64,000 nt of DNA from a virus (taxonomy: Duplodnaviria > Heunggongvirae > Uroviricota > Caudoviricetes): positions 85,985 through 149,984 of IMG/VR virus record IMGVR_UViG_3300012979_000028. The stretch is one strand, 5' to 3'. The notes beneath the pieces are model-generated. The model was not told where the DNA came from. It made no database searches and saw nothing but the letters and a program-made list of their open reading frames with translations. Shown here piece by piece: positions 42,702-53,834 of the stretch; positions within the stretch are counted from its first letter, which is position 1; every line of letters begins with the position of its first letter. The translations under genes and the position numbers were made by a program.

Positions 42702-45700
42702 TATTTCTTAGGTATTTTTAATCTAAATTTAGTTTTCATTCCTGCTAATTGAGATTTTAGATTAGAACCTCCTTGATTATAACCTTTATCATCCTTAACT
42801 GTTAATCCAAGTCCGAGAAGGTTATTTAGGAATTTCTGGTTATCTTCTTTAGCAGTTTCACCACGAGCAGATTGAATATAAGCTCTAGCATTTCTTGATA
42901 GTAAAGCCCATAACTCCATCTCTCCAATTTTCTGACCAGTTTCACGATAAAGTCCACGTCCTAGAATAGGTTGATCTTTTCTGAAATTAACACCACCGCG
43001 TCCAGGTCCATATAAGCTTGTAGTAACTTTATTAGAATAGCTAGGAATATGATATAGCTCCTCAAGAGTCATCCAACCGCACTGAAGAGGTTTATCAATT
43101 TTCTTAAACTTCCCTTTCATTCCATCTACTGCCTTCTTATAGTCTTCTGGATCTAGGTTTTCTTTCAATTCGTCCAAGTCAGTTATTTCAGTTTCAGGGA
43201 TTAAGATATCAGACTTAGAATCTACACCAAGCTCTTCCATCATTTTCTCAATCTTCTCACCAGTATAGTCAGAGTAACATCCAACACAGAAATGATAAGT
43301 CTCTTCGATAGGTTGAGTTTCGTGTAGGTGAATAAATTCTTCTACACTTAAGTCTGTATAACGTCCTGGATAATACTTTTCTATCAACGGCATTATTTTC
43401 TTCTGACCGGTTTTTGTTTTCTTATATTCATCCACTAGTCCATAAATTCGATGAGCAATATTACCCAAGTCTTGTTCCCATAGTACACCTGCAATCTTAC
43501 GGCTGATAGTAGAATAAGGGTTCATAATAGCTTCTACTCTATATTGCTTTCCTGAATTCTTGTCAACCATAATAGGCATAAGTTCATCTGGCTTTACGCA
43601 ACTTACTACACCTTTACCTCCATATCTGTTAGTAATCTTAGAACCAACCATAGCAATAGTCTTCTTTATAATACGAACTCTAACTGTATAAACAATCTTG
43701 AATTCCTTAGGGTTCATATTTACTGGTCTAAGTCTATCAGCAGCTACGTATTCTGGAAATTGATCATATATAATTTTTCTTTTCTTATCAAAGTCACTCA
43801 TATATTCATCAATGTCCTTCTTAGAGCTTAGGGCAAGTGTATAGTCAGGTTTCTTTTCTTTTGATGAGATTTGTGGGTCTGCGTTATATTGAATCATTAC
43901 ATCAGATACATAACCTTCATCAATATTATTACTAACCAATAGATCTTCAACGGTAAATGCTGTACTCATATCAGACTCTCCATAGACACCTCCCAGTTTA
44001 TCAGCTAATGCTTTTATTGCACTATCCATTCTGATGGCTCTATATAATGAAACTATAGGGTCACCAGATTTTACTTTAGTTCCAATAGGTGCAATCCATT
44101 TTAAACATTTCTGATCGGTAATATTAATAGAGAAGTCAATGATACTGTAAGATGTTAGTCGATTAGCAAAAGACTCAGAAACAACCAAGGCATCCTCATT
44201 AACTAGTCCGAAATAAGCATGGAATAGAACGAGAGCATTAACACCAGATTTATAAGAGTCCATTGTATTACCGATTTCACCTGTTATAATGTCACCTTTC
44301 TTTACTTTCTGACCTACTTTTACTTTAGGCTCTGTAAATACGGCAACATCATTCTGAGACTTAATAGCTGCTTTTCTAAGTATCTCTGTTATTTTTCCAG
44401 ATTTACCTTTAATTATAACTTTGTCTTCAGTAATTTCAGTAACAACGCCATCTTCATCCTCCTTATACTCCTCGTTCAGTGAGTTATTTCTTAATTCTTC
44501 ACCACGTCCTGTATCTACCAGTGGTCTCTGTGCATTAACTAGTGGAATACTTTGTTTTAACATTGAAGTACCCATTGAAATACGAACAGAGTCTGTAGAA
44601 TTAACGAAAGGAAGACGTCTAGTAACAGAAGATAATCGATAGTCTGGGTGAAGATCAATCAAGTCAACTTCTCCTACACTGACCATTTTTCTTTTCATTC
44701 TATACTTAACTTCTACCTCACCGTTTGGATCTGGTTTTAGAGTTTTATGTTCATAGTCTACATACTCACTAGAACAAACCTTTAAGTTAAGATAATCTAG
44801 GTATTTTATAGTTATCTTATTAAAGTTCTTATCAAATACGTCAAACAAAACACCTTCATCAGTAATATGAGTAGAGACGGTTAGTGAGTTTTGTTTATTT
44901 GTATTCTGATTAATTGGTGTATCAGCTAGGTCTATAATATCAGCAAACGTCGGATTATAAGCTACTGTATCCGGAATTGAAACTTTATCACTAAGAGATC
45001 CAAGATTTATAGCATTAATACCAGGAGGGACTTGTAGATTAGAATCATCTCCCTGACCTTGACCCTTCTTTTTACTATCCGCAGTACCTTTAAAGAATCT
45101 GATTGCTAAGTTTGTGATAACAGTAAGTGGATCAGGAAGCTTACCATACTTAATCATGTTACCTGAAATATTTCTCTTAGCTCTGATGAATTTAATAGGA
45201 CCTCCAGCACCACCTCTAATCATATGCTTCATAAAACTAGTAGAAACAGTATCAATAGTTTTATCAATAATCAGGTCCTTCATACGGTCATCTCCAAAGG
45301 CTATACATTGATCTATAAGTTCCTTTGTAATATACTCAGGTCTATAATCTAGGTCTAGTTTAATCTGGAGTTTACGTATTTGATCTTCAGTTAGTCTTAG
45401 TAATTCCTTCTTATCACCAGTCACCGAGTCAATATTATCATACTTAATCTCAACTCTCTGTTCAACTAGTGATAGATCAGTTTCACCACGTCTTTCAATT
45501 CTTAATATTTTCTTTGCGATATTATACCTACGATTGTAATCAAATATAATTAGGTGATCACCAGTTCCTACAGTTCTAAAACGAATATCAAAGTCTGAGT
45601 TTAGTGTATTAGTTGGAATTCTATATTTTCCCTCAATTATAAATACATCATTAATTTCTCTAGGGACTTCGAATGCTGTAGTTAGCTCCTCACCATCATC

Positions 45701-45901
45701 ATCTAGAATATACTTAATGTTTACTCTGAATGAAGCTGTTAACCCATTTTCAGTAAAGTAAGAAGCTGGATAGTCATCACTAGAGATATCGAATGTATAA
45801 GAAGTAATTTTTCTACTACTATACATGTCGACATTCTTTAGATATCTATCAACTAATGTTTTAGCACCCCTCGACTTGAAAAATTCATTAAAATCACTCA
45901 T
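42701..45901 (-). CDS. rpoB: phage multisubunit RNA polymerase beta-like subunit (1066 aa)
   Basis: RISMGTSMLKQ, GVNALV...NEDALVVS, GSKITNRYGGKGVV, MNPYS, GQKIGEMELWAL. Confidence 0.93.
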   Translation of the reverse strand: MSDFNEFFKSRGAKTLVDRYLKNVDMYSSRKITSYTFDISSDDYPASYFTENGLTASFRVNIKYILDDDGEELTTAFEVPREINDVFIIEGKYRIPTNTLNSDFDIRFRTVGTGDHLIIFDYNRRYNIAKKILRIERRGETDLSLVEQRVEIKYDNIDSVTGDKKELLRLTEDQIRKLQIKLDLDYRPEYITKELIDQCIAFGDDRMKDLIIDKTIDTVSTSFMKHMIRGGAGGPIKFIRAKRNISGNMIKYGKLPDPLTVITNLAIRFFKGTADSKKKGQGQGDDSNLQVPPGINAINLGSLSDKVSIPDTVAYNPTFADIIDLADTPINQNTNKQNSLTVSTHITDEGVLFDVFDKNFNKITIKYLDYLNLKVCSSEYVDYEHKTLKPDPNGEVEVKYRMKRKMVSVGEVDLIDLHPDYRLSSVTRRLPFVNSTDSVRISMGTSMLKQSIPLVNAQRPLVDTGRGEELRNNSLNEEYKEDEDGVVTEITEDKVIIKGKSGKITEILRKAAIKSQNDVAVFTEPKVKVGQKVKKGDIITGEIGNTMDSYKSGVNALVLFHAYFGLVNEDALVVSESFANRLTSYSIIDFSINITDQKCLKWIAPIGTKVKSGDPIVSLYRAIRMDSAIKALADKLGGVYGESDMSTAFTVEDLLVSNNIDEGYVSDVMIQYNADPQISSKEKKPDYTLALSSKKDIDEYMSDFDKKRKIIYDQFPEYVAADRLRPVNMNPKEFKIVYTVRVRIIKKTIAMVGSKITNRYGGKGVVSCVKPDELMPIMVDKNSGKQYRVEAIMNPYSTISRKIAGVLWEQDLGNIAHRIYGLVDEYKKTKTGQKKIMPLIEKYYPGRYTDLSVEEFIHLHETQPIEETYHFCVGCYSDYTGEKIEKMMEELGVDSKSDILIPETEITDLDELKENLDPEDYKKAVDGMKGKFKKIDKPLQCGWMTLEELYHIPSYSNKVTTSLYGPGRGGVNFRKDQPILGRGLYRETGQKIGEMELWALLSRNARAYIQSARGETAKEDNQKFLNNLLGLGLTVKDDKGYNQGGSNLKSQLAGMKTKFRLKIPKK

Positions 45902-45902
45902 T

Positions 45903-46265
45903 TTATAATAATGCTTTAATATTTACTTGTTTATACTCACAATCTACTGAACTAAAGTATTCTTCTAATTCTGATTTTATATGATCCTTAATTTCCTTTA
46001 CTTCCAGATAACTAGCCATTGGTAATCCGTCAGAACTTCTAATAAAAGCATCATAGGTAACTAAGTAATTGTAAGTATCTTTAAGTTGATGTAGAACTAA
46101 TTTAACAGAAAACTTCTCATACTTCTCTGGAATTATATCTTTCAGGTTCTCGTATAATGTTTTCTTTGCTTGAATAGCCGCAGAATCTTCACTATCAAGT
46201 ACGTTATAGGGCACTTCATAGGATACTGAAATTTTATAATAATACTCTTCCTTCATATTACACAT
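45903..46265 (-). CDS. hypothetical protein in the RNAP operon
   Basis: ORF between beta' and beta. Confidence 0.7.
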   Translation of the reverse strand: MCNMKEEYYYKISVSYEVPYNVLDSEDSAAIQAKKTLYENLKDIIPEKYEKFSVKLVLHQLKDTYNYLVTYDAFIRSSDGLPMASYLEVKEIKDHIKSELEEYFSSVDCEYKQVNIKALL

Positions 46266-46268
46266 TAA

Positions 46269-46607
46269 TTAAAATTCTACGTTCATCATATTCCCACTCT
46301 TTCTTTTCTTCTGAGTTGTTGTAGTTGTAGTAGTACTCTCCCCTTGACTATTACCATTATTATCCGTACAACAAGTTACAGGTAATGGATTTATCTCTGG
46401 TTTAGTATTATATCTTACAATCTCAGGATCATAAGGAATGTCATTAGTAGGGGTAGAGGTATAATAGTTTCCCGTTACTCCTCTACCATCCTTAACTAAT
46501 TCAATATTTATACCTAATGTATTCTTAAAATCAGGTATATCAAGCTCAATTTTAATAGTTCCTGCCATGTTTGTTAATTGTTTAGTTATTAAATTATTTA
46601 TCATCAA
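46269..46607 (-). CDS. hypothetical protein in the RNAP operon
   Basis: ORF between beta' and beta; Thr-rich tail. Confidence 0.65.
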   Translation of the reverse strand: MMINNLITKQLTNMAGTIKIELDIPDFKNTLGINIELVKDGRGVTGNYYTSTPTNDIPYDPEIVRYNTKPEINPLPVTCCTDNNGNSQGESTTTTTTTQKKRKSGNMMNVEF

Positions 46608-49600
46608 GTTTATTATTCAAGAGCAATCCAAGAATAGTTTCAGCCATAACGTCACCAGTAAGTTCAATATTGCCTTTAATAGCTTTACCTACTACCTGAC
46701 CACCATAACCGTAAGAAAGAACCGTGAAGAATGAATTTTTATTAGTAATACTCTTCTGTGATCCTCTATACTCAACTCCATCTATTTCTAGACTCTTTGG
46801 ATCATAATCAATCATAGTAATACCTCTGAAAAGTAATTCTACAAGCTCCTCCTGTGTACCAGATAGTGAACTTATTCCTGTTTTAGCAAAATCTTTATCG
46901 GAAATTGTTAAGAACTGTTTTCGGAAGATTAGATAAATATCTGATAGGTTCTTCTCTCCTACTCCTGAAATCACGTGAGCCATATTGACCACTCCAGAAC
47001 AGAATTTATCAAACTTCTTTACTTGTGCACCCTCTGGGAAGTAATACATACACTTAGGATTATACTGATATGTCTTTGATCCTATCTTTACTTCCACAAT
47101 AGAGCCACCTTCTTCTACATAATTGATAACCCCATCTTCATATGCATAACAGTCTGAGATTATTACGGTATCTTTCTCATAATAACGTTTTCCTGCAGAT
47201 CTTCTTGCTCCAATAAAGTCAATCAATGTATTTACCTGACTAATAGGGGATACGGTCTGATAAGCTACTCCGATACTTTCTCCCTTATCAAATTCAGTTT
47301 TACCTACATTGACAAAGTTAGTAGGTCTTGGATATTTAAATTCCTCTTTCTTAGTCTTAACATATATCCAAGCTCCCTCTTCTCTGATTGTACACTTATC
47401 TGGGGCTTTAAAATAGAAACTTTGATCTAGTACTCGTTCATGACCTCCGTGTTTCAATCCTAGAGCCGCCTGTGTAGAACCTTCCGTAAGAGATGTAGCA
47501 AATGAAAGTCCGATTGCTGTTCCATCTGTTAGATCTTTGAATTTATTTTTTCCAAGTAGGTCTGGAGTAACTGTACTAAGATCTCCGGCATTCTTAGAAA
47601 CAATAGATTTAACTGGAACTAGGTCTCTTTCACTTTCAGGAGTTGCCTTTATCAATTTATCTGGATATACTTCACCATTAGGGGCTGTTCTTCCTCCTGC
47701 TTTATATCTAGGTATTAGGATCCCCGGATTCTTATCATCTACACCCTCATGATAGATAAAGTTATTCATGATAAAAGTGATCTGACGTGTTAACCATCCA
47801 GAAGTAGGAGTACCTGATTGCTTGATAGACTGCAAACTACGGTTCTCTACAGAATGGTAAATCATATCCTTCTCACTATAACCTTGAAGTAGTGATCCTC
47901 TTGTAATAACTGGAATCTCATCAACACCCGAAATAATCAACTGAGGCATATTAAGAGCTGAGATAGAAGACAACTTAATCTTTCCAGCACGATCTAGTTC
48001 ATTTTTTAGATCAGCCGAGAATTTACCTTCAATCTCCTTCTCATAAGCTGCATATTTCTCTGTAAGGATTGCAATTTTCTGTTGATCTGTAAGCTCCTTT
48101 GAATCAGCTATCTTACAAATCTCCTTATAAAGATCAGTATTAGTATCAACAAACAAGGTCTTATAATCAAATGTTACTACACCTGCTATTGTTACTGCTC
48201 GGAGTGCAAATTTCTGAAGAGCCTGACGTTTCTCAACTCCCTTAGGATCTCCATTCATCCATTCACTAAGACGACCTGCCTCTTTAGCCTTTATTGAACT
48301 AGTTGGACTATCTACAATCTTAGTTTTATCCAAGTCTGTTTCAAGTATCTTACTAATTCTAAGTCTTCCGTAAGTTGTCTTCTTAGCTTTGTAATCAACT
48401 CCACCTAGCTTACCTGTGAAAACTATTGGAGTGCCTATTTTAATTTTCTTGTCAACCTCTACGTCTTTAAGAAGTTTTGTATAATCATCATAAAAGTATC
48501 TAGGCTCTTCAATATCTTTAGGATCCTCTGGCGTAACCTCTGTAGCTACATTAAGTCCATTCAATACCTCAAGATTAAAAGGATAGATTGCTTTATTATT
48601 CTTCTTATAGACATTAACGAAACGCGGACTCATCTTTTCGTAAGTATCCTGAGCTGCCTCCTCTGGAACTAACTGTAGAGCCGCTGTATCCAATTTTGTT
48701 ATCTGTAAGGCTTTTTATCCCTACATTCTAATAATTCTTGTTCTTATTAGTTCAGCATATATTTTCATCCTACTACATTTTATAGGATGGTGGACACTCT
48801 TGGAGAGATTATTATATTCTTCACTCTCTATGCGTTACACTTCTAAGAGACCCCTTACATTCCCTTAGTTAGCTCGGTATTAGCATCACAGCTTTCACCG
48901 AATTTGCCCACTGATAATCTGAAACATTACTGCATCAGACGGCAATATTGTTTACCATCAAAATCCAATTTCTTCTATATAGGTCGTTACTCTATATACG
49001 TTCTCTTATGAACTGCTATTGCATTCCTGCAAAGTTGAGACTATATCTTCAAGAATTATATTCTTGCTTCACATTTCGAATCACTTGATTCTACTCTACT
49101 CGCTTCTTCAGAATTTCTTCCTATGCTTTCGATAGTCGTTGGGGTTATTAATTAAATCTGCTAGTCAGGTAATAATTACTAATAACCTGCTGATTGACTC
49201 TATCTTATGAATTTTTAGGGTAGGGTGACTAATTCCTACGTTAACCTCCTATCATAAGCTTAACGAGTGTTCCCAGCATTTAGTGAAGTTTTAAAACACC
49301 AATTTTTGTTTAGCGTTTAGTGGTTGACAAACCGCTATTGGAAATTGGATCGAATATTCGTCACACAATCTCATCTTCATAGCGAAAATACCATACTCAT
49401 GTAGAGTTGGCTGACGATTTACTCTGTTTTTCTAGGTGTTTCCATCTAGCATAGACTATATCTTCTCTTTTCTCCTAGAGTTTCGTACATAGTCGTTGAA
49501 CTAAGAATCTAGAGTGAATTTTCGACTTCTATTTTTAGGTTTGGATTTTCTTGTAACTTCTCTTGTAAGAAATTATATACTCTCCTCTTTTCACTTTTGT

Positions 49601-51415
49601 CTAAGAATTCAGTATATCTAGTTTTTGTAGGATCTAGTTGAGTATGTTTTTGAAACTTTATCATAGTATCAAATTCTAGATCTGCCAAATCTGTTGTTGG
49701 ACCTGAGATAATCATAATAACTCTTCCTCCTAAATAAGTATGGAATAGTTCTCGATTAGTTCTTCTCTCCCAATCTTTAGAAAAACCTACTTTAATACTT
49801 CCAGGAAATTCTAGGAAATACATAAATCCTTGATCTCCTTGAAATTTATTATGTAGGAGGGTTTTGTTTGCAAGTCTCATATGGTACTCGCTTCCGTATC
49901 CGTGAGAAGATTTATCTAGAAGATTTCTTTCACGTATTTGTTTCATTCTATCTCTCTTTTCTTGAGACTGATTCCATATTCCAATCTTCGAAGTTCCAGC
50001 ATAACGACCGGATGCATGAAGTTGTCTCATATGTTCAGCCCTATTGAAAGTAGAACCTGTACCACTAGAAACTTGACTATTGATGTATTGGTTACTTAAT
50101 ATCATGTTTTCTGTGGTTTAATTAATATATTCACCCTTTTTAGATTCTCAGCTGCTGATTAGGTGTATTAGACCCTTCCCAGCAATTCTCGAAATTCAAT
50201 TAACCGGTCTCTTCTTTACCAGTTACCGTAGGATTTTCACCTAACGTACCATGAAGCTTAGGCTCGTCTTTATCTAAGCTCTAGCACGATTTGTTTTTCT
50301 GCGTACTCTTTAAATAATTTCTGTAGCTCTTCGTTTGAACTCTCTTTCTTTGTAGATTCTATTGCTTGTGCTGGAGTAAAGTTAAGTTCATCTACTAAGT
50401 ACTTAATAAACCCTTCTCTACACATCTCATAAGCAATATGTCTAGGAACTCCAAGCTCATCTATCGGCAGTGTTGTAGATGGGACTATCGGACATCTAGC
50501 GGAATTCTTTGTACGAACAGCATAAATCTCTCGAGCGAAATTGTCTTTAGAAGAGTTCAATAAGTTCGTAGCTACCTTCTTTCCTGAATTAATAAAGGCT
50601 TTAAGAATTGCTACATACTTTGCTTTTCCCCCCGGAGTTTTTATATTCTCCATTACGCTCGTATAATTATTACTACCACTCTTACTCTCAACACAACAGA
50701 ATCTAATAATCATACTGTATAGCTGAGATAATTTGTGTACATTCATTTTTGCTTCACCACCAGGACGAGAAATACGGAAAGGTCTCATCATAGCTGGTAA
50801 AACTAAGTAGTATTTATTGATAAGTGATCTAAATTCTGTAGCTCTTTCTGGAAAATGCTCATTAATAATCTTAAGCAATCCATCATATGAACACTTATCA
50901 AAGTCATCTACAAACTCAGTGATCGTTAATGTATTTTTCTTCTTATCATAATTAAACTGACAAGAATCGAATACCTTTATACCGAGTTTTCTTCCTGCCT
51001 TATCACTAGAATATCCACCAGCTTTCAAATTACCTGTAAACTGTAGGTCTATTGTAGTATCTTTAAAAATATCATCAAATAAGTCTTTAAAGATATCAAA
51101 CCTAAGCTCATTCAAGTAGTAGAAAGGTAACTCAATTCTTGCAAATCTCCTTAATCCTTCCTCTGCTGAAAATACTCTAGTTCCACAATTAGGGCATGGG
51201 AATGATGTAGGTCTTTTAATTCTTCCACAGACACATTCATTAGCTATCGGAGAACCAAAAATAAGCGGATCATATACACCTCCGATAAAACACTGAACTC
51301 CTGTGATTTTCATTAAGTTTACATCATGCCAATCATAAACAACGTGATCCTCTCCATCTGCTCTCGTATAGTCAAGTATCGCGTCATCTGTTAACAATTC
51401 TAGTGAAACTGCCAT
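46594..51415 (-). CDS. rpoC: phage RNA polymerase beta'-like subunit, 4 exons (51415-50283, 49423-49312, 48965-48954, 48690-46594; 1117 aa)
   Basis: N-terminal zinc finger CVCG...CPNC, RFARIELP, NSARCPI; spliced VL|VNRQPTLH...CQPLNA|DFDG|DTA; SGWLTRQ; exons sum to 3354 nt, in frame. Confidence 0.92.
48691..48953 (-). mobile_element. group I intron 3 of beta' (263 nt, no ORF)
   Basis: GGT|AAACAA...AATTG|GAT junction; core AAATTCGGTGAAAGC, ATACCGAGCTAAC, TAACGCATAG, AATATATGCTG. Confidence 0.85.
48966..49311 (-). mobile_element. group I intron 2 of beta' (346 nt, no ORF)
   Basis: GCT|AAACAA...AATTG|GAT junction; P/Q/R/S-like AAATGCTGGGAA, AATCAGCAGG, CAACGACTATC, GAAGATATAGTCT. Confidence 0.88.
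49424..50282 (-). mobile_element. group I intron 1 of beta' (859 nt) with ORF
   Basis: CT|AGAG...ACAG|A junction; AATTGCTGGGAA, AATCAGCAGC, CAACGACTATG, GAAGATATAGTCT; the ORF lies between Q and R. Confidence 0.88.
49509..50105 (-). CDS. intron-encoded putative homing endonuclease (GIY-YIG variant)
   Basis: C-terminal GFMYFLEF...IKVGFSKDWERR...LE; located inside the intron. Confidence 0.7.
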   Translation of the reverse strand: MILSNQYINSQVSSGTGSTFNRAEHMRQLHASGRYAGTSKIGIWNQSQEKRDRMKQIRERNLLDKSSHGYGSEYHMRLANKTLLHNKFQGDQGFMYFLEFPGSIKVGFSKDWERRTNRELFHTYLGGRVIMIISGPTTDLADLEFDTMIKFQKHTQLDPTKTRYTEFLDKSEKRRVYNFLQEKLQENPNLKIEVENSL

Positions 51416-51426
51416 AAAATAAATCT

Positions 51427-52518
51427 TTAATTAAATTTTCTCCAAATTATATTCTGCGCCATCTCTGAGTCAATCGGATTACTCTTTGACCAATCTGAAA
51501 ATAACTGCTTAACCTCTTCTACTGCTTCTTGTCTAGTTTTATCCTTTAGCGTCTCAAATGTTCCATCCTCTTGATAAACTGCAATTAACTTAGAAGCAAC
51601 ATCCTGGGTAATAACTCTACTGACATTATTAAATTTACTTTTGCTCTCTTTGTAAATCATAACATCCTCTGCAGTTAAACCTAGGTCACTGTATGTAGCT
51701 AATGTTCTAATTTCAGCGGGCTCTCTATCAAACCAAGAAATTCCCATCTCTCTTACTTTCGCAGCTACAGCAGGTCTTTTGTTATCCTCATACTTTCTGG
51801 CTAGTGCTTCTACCTGATCAAGTTTAGATTTAGTAATAGCTTTAAATGCATTATTAATCTCCCTATTATATACATCCGGCATCGTTGGGCAGTCTATAAT
51901 AAGGTCATACATTCCAGCATTAAATAAGAAAATAATAAAGGCTGGTATATGTCTCCTTTTTCTCTTCTTATTACTTAGGTTGTCTTTACTTAAATCTCTC
52001 TTCGCTAAGTAATCAATAAACCTAGCTACCTGATTTCTGGCATCTTCACTCAAACTTAAAGATGTATCTGAACGACCAGCTTTTATATAATCCTCATCAA
52101 CTTCGTCACTAGTCATAAGTCCGGTAGGGTTATATGCAGTTGATAGAATACGACTCTTACCCTGCATATTCAAAGCTTCCTTAGTCTGACTCTGAATAGT
52201 TCCTTTCTCAGTACTAGCCGGATTAGCAGAAATTACAGTAGATACAATATCAAAAATAGTCTGATCCCAATCTACAATTTTCGCAGATGCTGTTCTAATA
52301 TTATCGTATAGTGTTAATAAACCAACCTCATAGTCCGTCAGTTTACTCTCAGCATATGCAGCTTTGTCCGTAGTTCCTAAACCTCCACCAGCTAATGCCT
52401 CTTTCACATCAACATTATCTTCTTCACTCTCGTCAGAATTATCATCTTCAGGTATAATTAGACTACCACCGCTATCATCATCGTCGTCTAAGTAATAATC
52501 TTCTTCATCACCTCTCAT
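51427..52518 (-). CDS. hypothetical protein leading the RNAP operon (acidic N-terminus)
   Basis: 363-aa ORF ending 11 nt before the beta' start. Confidence 0.75.
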   Translation of the reverse strand: MRGDEEDYYLDDDDDSGGSLIIPEDDNSDESEEDNVDVKEALAGGGLGTTDKAAYAESKLTDYEVGLLTLYDNIRTASAKIVDWDQTIFDIVSTVISANPASTEKGTIQSQTKEALNMQGKSRILSTAYNPTGLMTSDEVDEDYIKAGRSDTSLSLSEDARNQVARFIDYLAKRDLSKDNLSNKKRKRRHIPAFIIFLFNAGMYDLIIDCPTMPDVYNREINNAFKAITKSKLDQVEALARKYEDNKRPAVAAKVREMGISWFDREPAEIRTLATYSDLGLTAEDVMIYKESKSKFNNVSRVITQDVASKLIAVYQEDGTFETLKDKTRQEAVEEVKQLFSDWSKSNPIDSEMAQNIIWRKFN

Positions 52519-52667
52519 AGTAAATAAAATAATTAAAGTTAAAAAATTTATTTATCACGTAAAATAGAATTCTATCTCCTAGATAAGGAATTTGAAGAAT
52601 ATTATCGGAGTTTTTAGAGAAAAATAAAAGAGAGAGAACTATTTCCCCTCCCTTTTAAATAAATTAA

Positions 52668-53708
52668 TTAGTCATTATTTCTATTTTTATACTTATAGAT
52701 ACCATAACCAATACCAGCCGCACCAGCTGTACCTAGTCCTATCTTACCAGCCTTAGAACTTGCTAATTCCTTAACTTTTCCTAGGATACTTTTACCAGCT
52801 TTCTCTTCCTGTTGCTGTGCCTTCGCTGCTGCTTCTTGTTTAGCTCTTAGTACTTCAGTTTGTCTAGGATCAGCAAATGGAGCCTGAATATTACTATAAA
52901 CTGGTCGTTCAGGTTTAGGTACTAAGGATCCAAGAACTGAATCTGCCTTCGCTGCTGCCTCCTGTTGAATTTGCTGTTGTCTCTTTAGTTCCTCAGCAGC
53001 TATTCTCTCTTTCTCTAGCTGATGTTGAATCTGTGGCTGGAATGCTTCTTGTCTTGCAGCTTTTTCCGCAGCAATCTTACTTCTTTCCTCCTGAGCTCTA
53101 TTAACTGCATTTTTGTATCTCCTATCGTGGACTAAATTTGAGACATCCTTATTAACACCCGACGCTCTGCTATCTTTCTTTGCCTGTTTAGATCTCTGAT
53201 TAAGTACACTTTCAACTAGTGCATCTACATGAGCATTCTTTACAGTATTTCCAGAATTAACTATAGTTTTAAGTGCTTTTCTATCAACTTTCTCTGGATT
53301 TACTGACTTATATCTCTTGACCTCAGGAAGAATTGAGTGCTCAACTTGTTTACGTCCTTCAACTAAGTTTTCAAGTGTAGTACCTGTCTCTAGATTACCA
53401 CTCTTGATCTCCTTATTGATTAGCTTATTTGTAGAACCAGAAGCCTTCTCTACTTCCATATTATATCTCTTACGTGCTGCATCAAGTTCTGCCTGAATCT
53501 TAGCTCTCTGACCATCTGATTGAGCCTTTAGTAGTTCTTTCTCTAGTTTAGCTACTCTATTTGCCTGCTTCTTCTGATCTTTTATCTTAGCAAACAATCT
53601 CTCCTCTTCCTCTGCAGCTAAGTAACCTTGACAAAATGCTCTTTCGGAGATTTCATTAATAAGGTCACTCTCACTATAGATACTAAATACTTTTCTTGTG
53701 ATTCTCAT
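52668..53708 (-). CDS. MRITRKVFS-family coiled-coil protein with C-terminal Gly-rich hydrophobic segment
   Basis: MRITRKVFSIYSE.DLI..I.E.AFC.GY.AA N-terminus; C-terminal GLGTAGAAGIGYGIYKYKNRNND. Confidence 0.8.
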   Translation of the reverse strand: MRITRKVFSIYSESDLINEISERAFCQGYLAAEEEERLFAKIKDQKKQANRVAKLEKELLKAQSDGQRAKIQAELDAARKRYNMEVEKASGSTNKLINKEIKSGNLETGTTLENLVEGRKQVEHSILPEVKRYKSVNPEKVDRKALKTIVNSGNTVKNAHVDALVESVLNQRSKQAKKDSRASGVNKDVSNLVHDRRYKNAVNRAQEERSKIAAEKAARQEAFQPQIQHQLEKERIAAEELKRQQQIQQEAAAKADSVLGSLVPKPERPVYSNIQAPFADPRQTEVLRAKQEAAAKAQQQEEKAGKSILGKVKELASSKAGKIGLGTAGAAGIGYGIYKYKNRNND

Positions 53709-53834
53709 TCTATTTATAGATTTTTTAATAGTTTACATCTTTCTATAATTAAGGCACGAAAAAAAAAACGGTCTGAGAAAGTGGGTAAGAAAAAAGAAGG
53801 AAAGATTAATTGCCTCTCTCCTCCCTTTAAAAAC

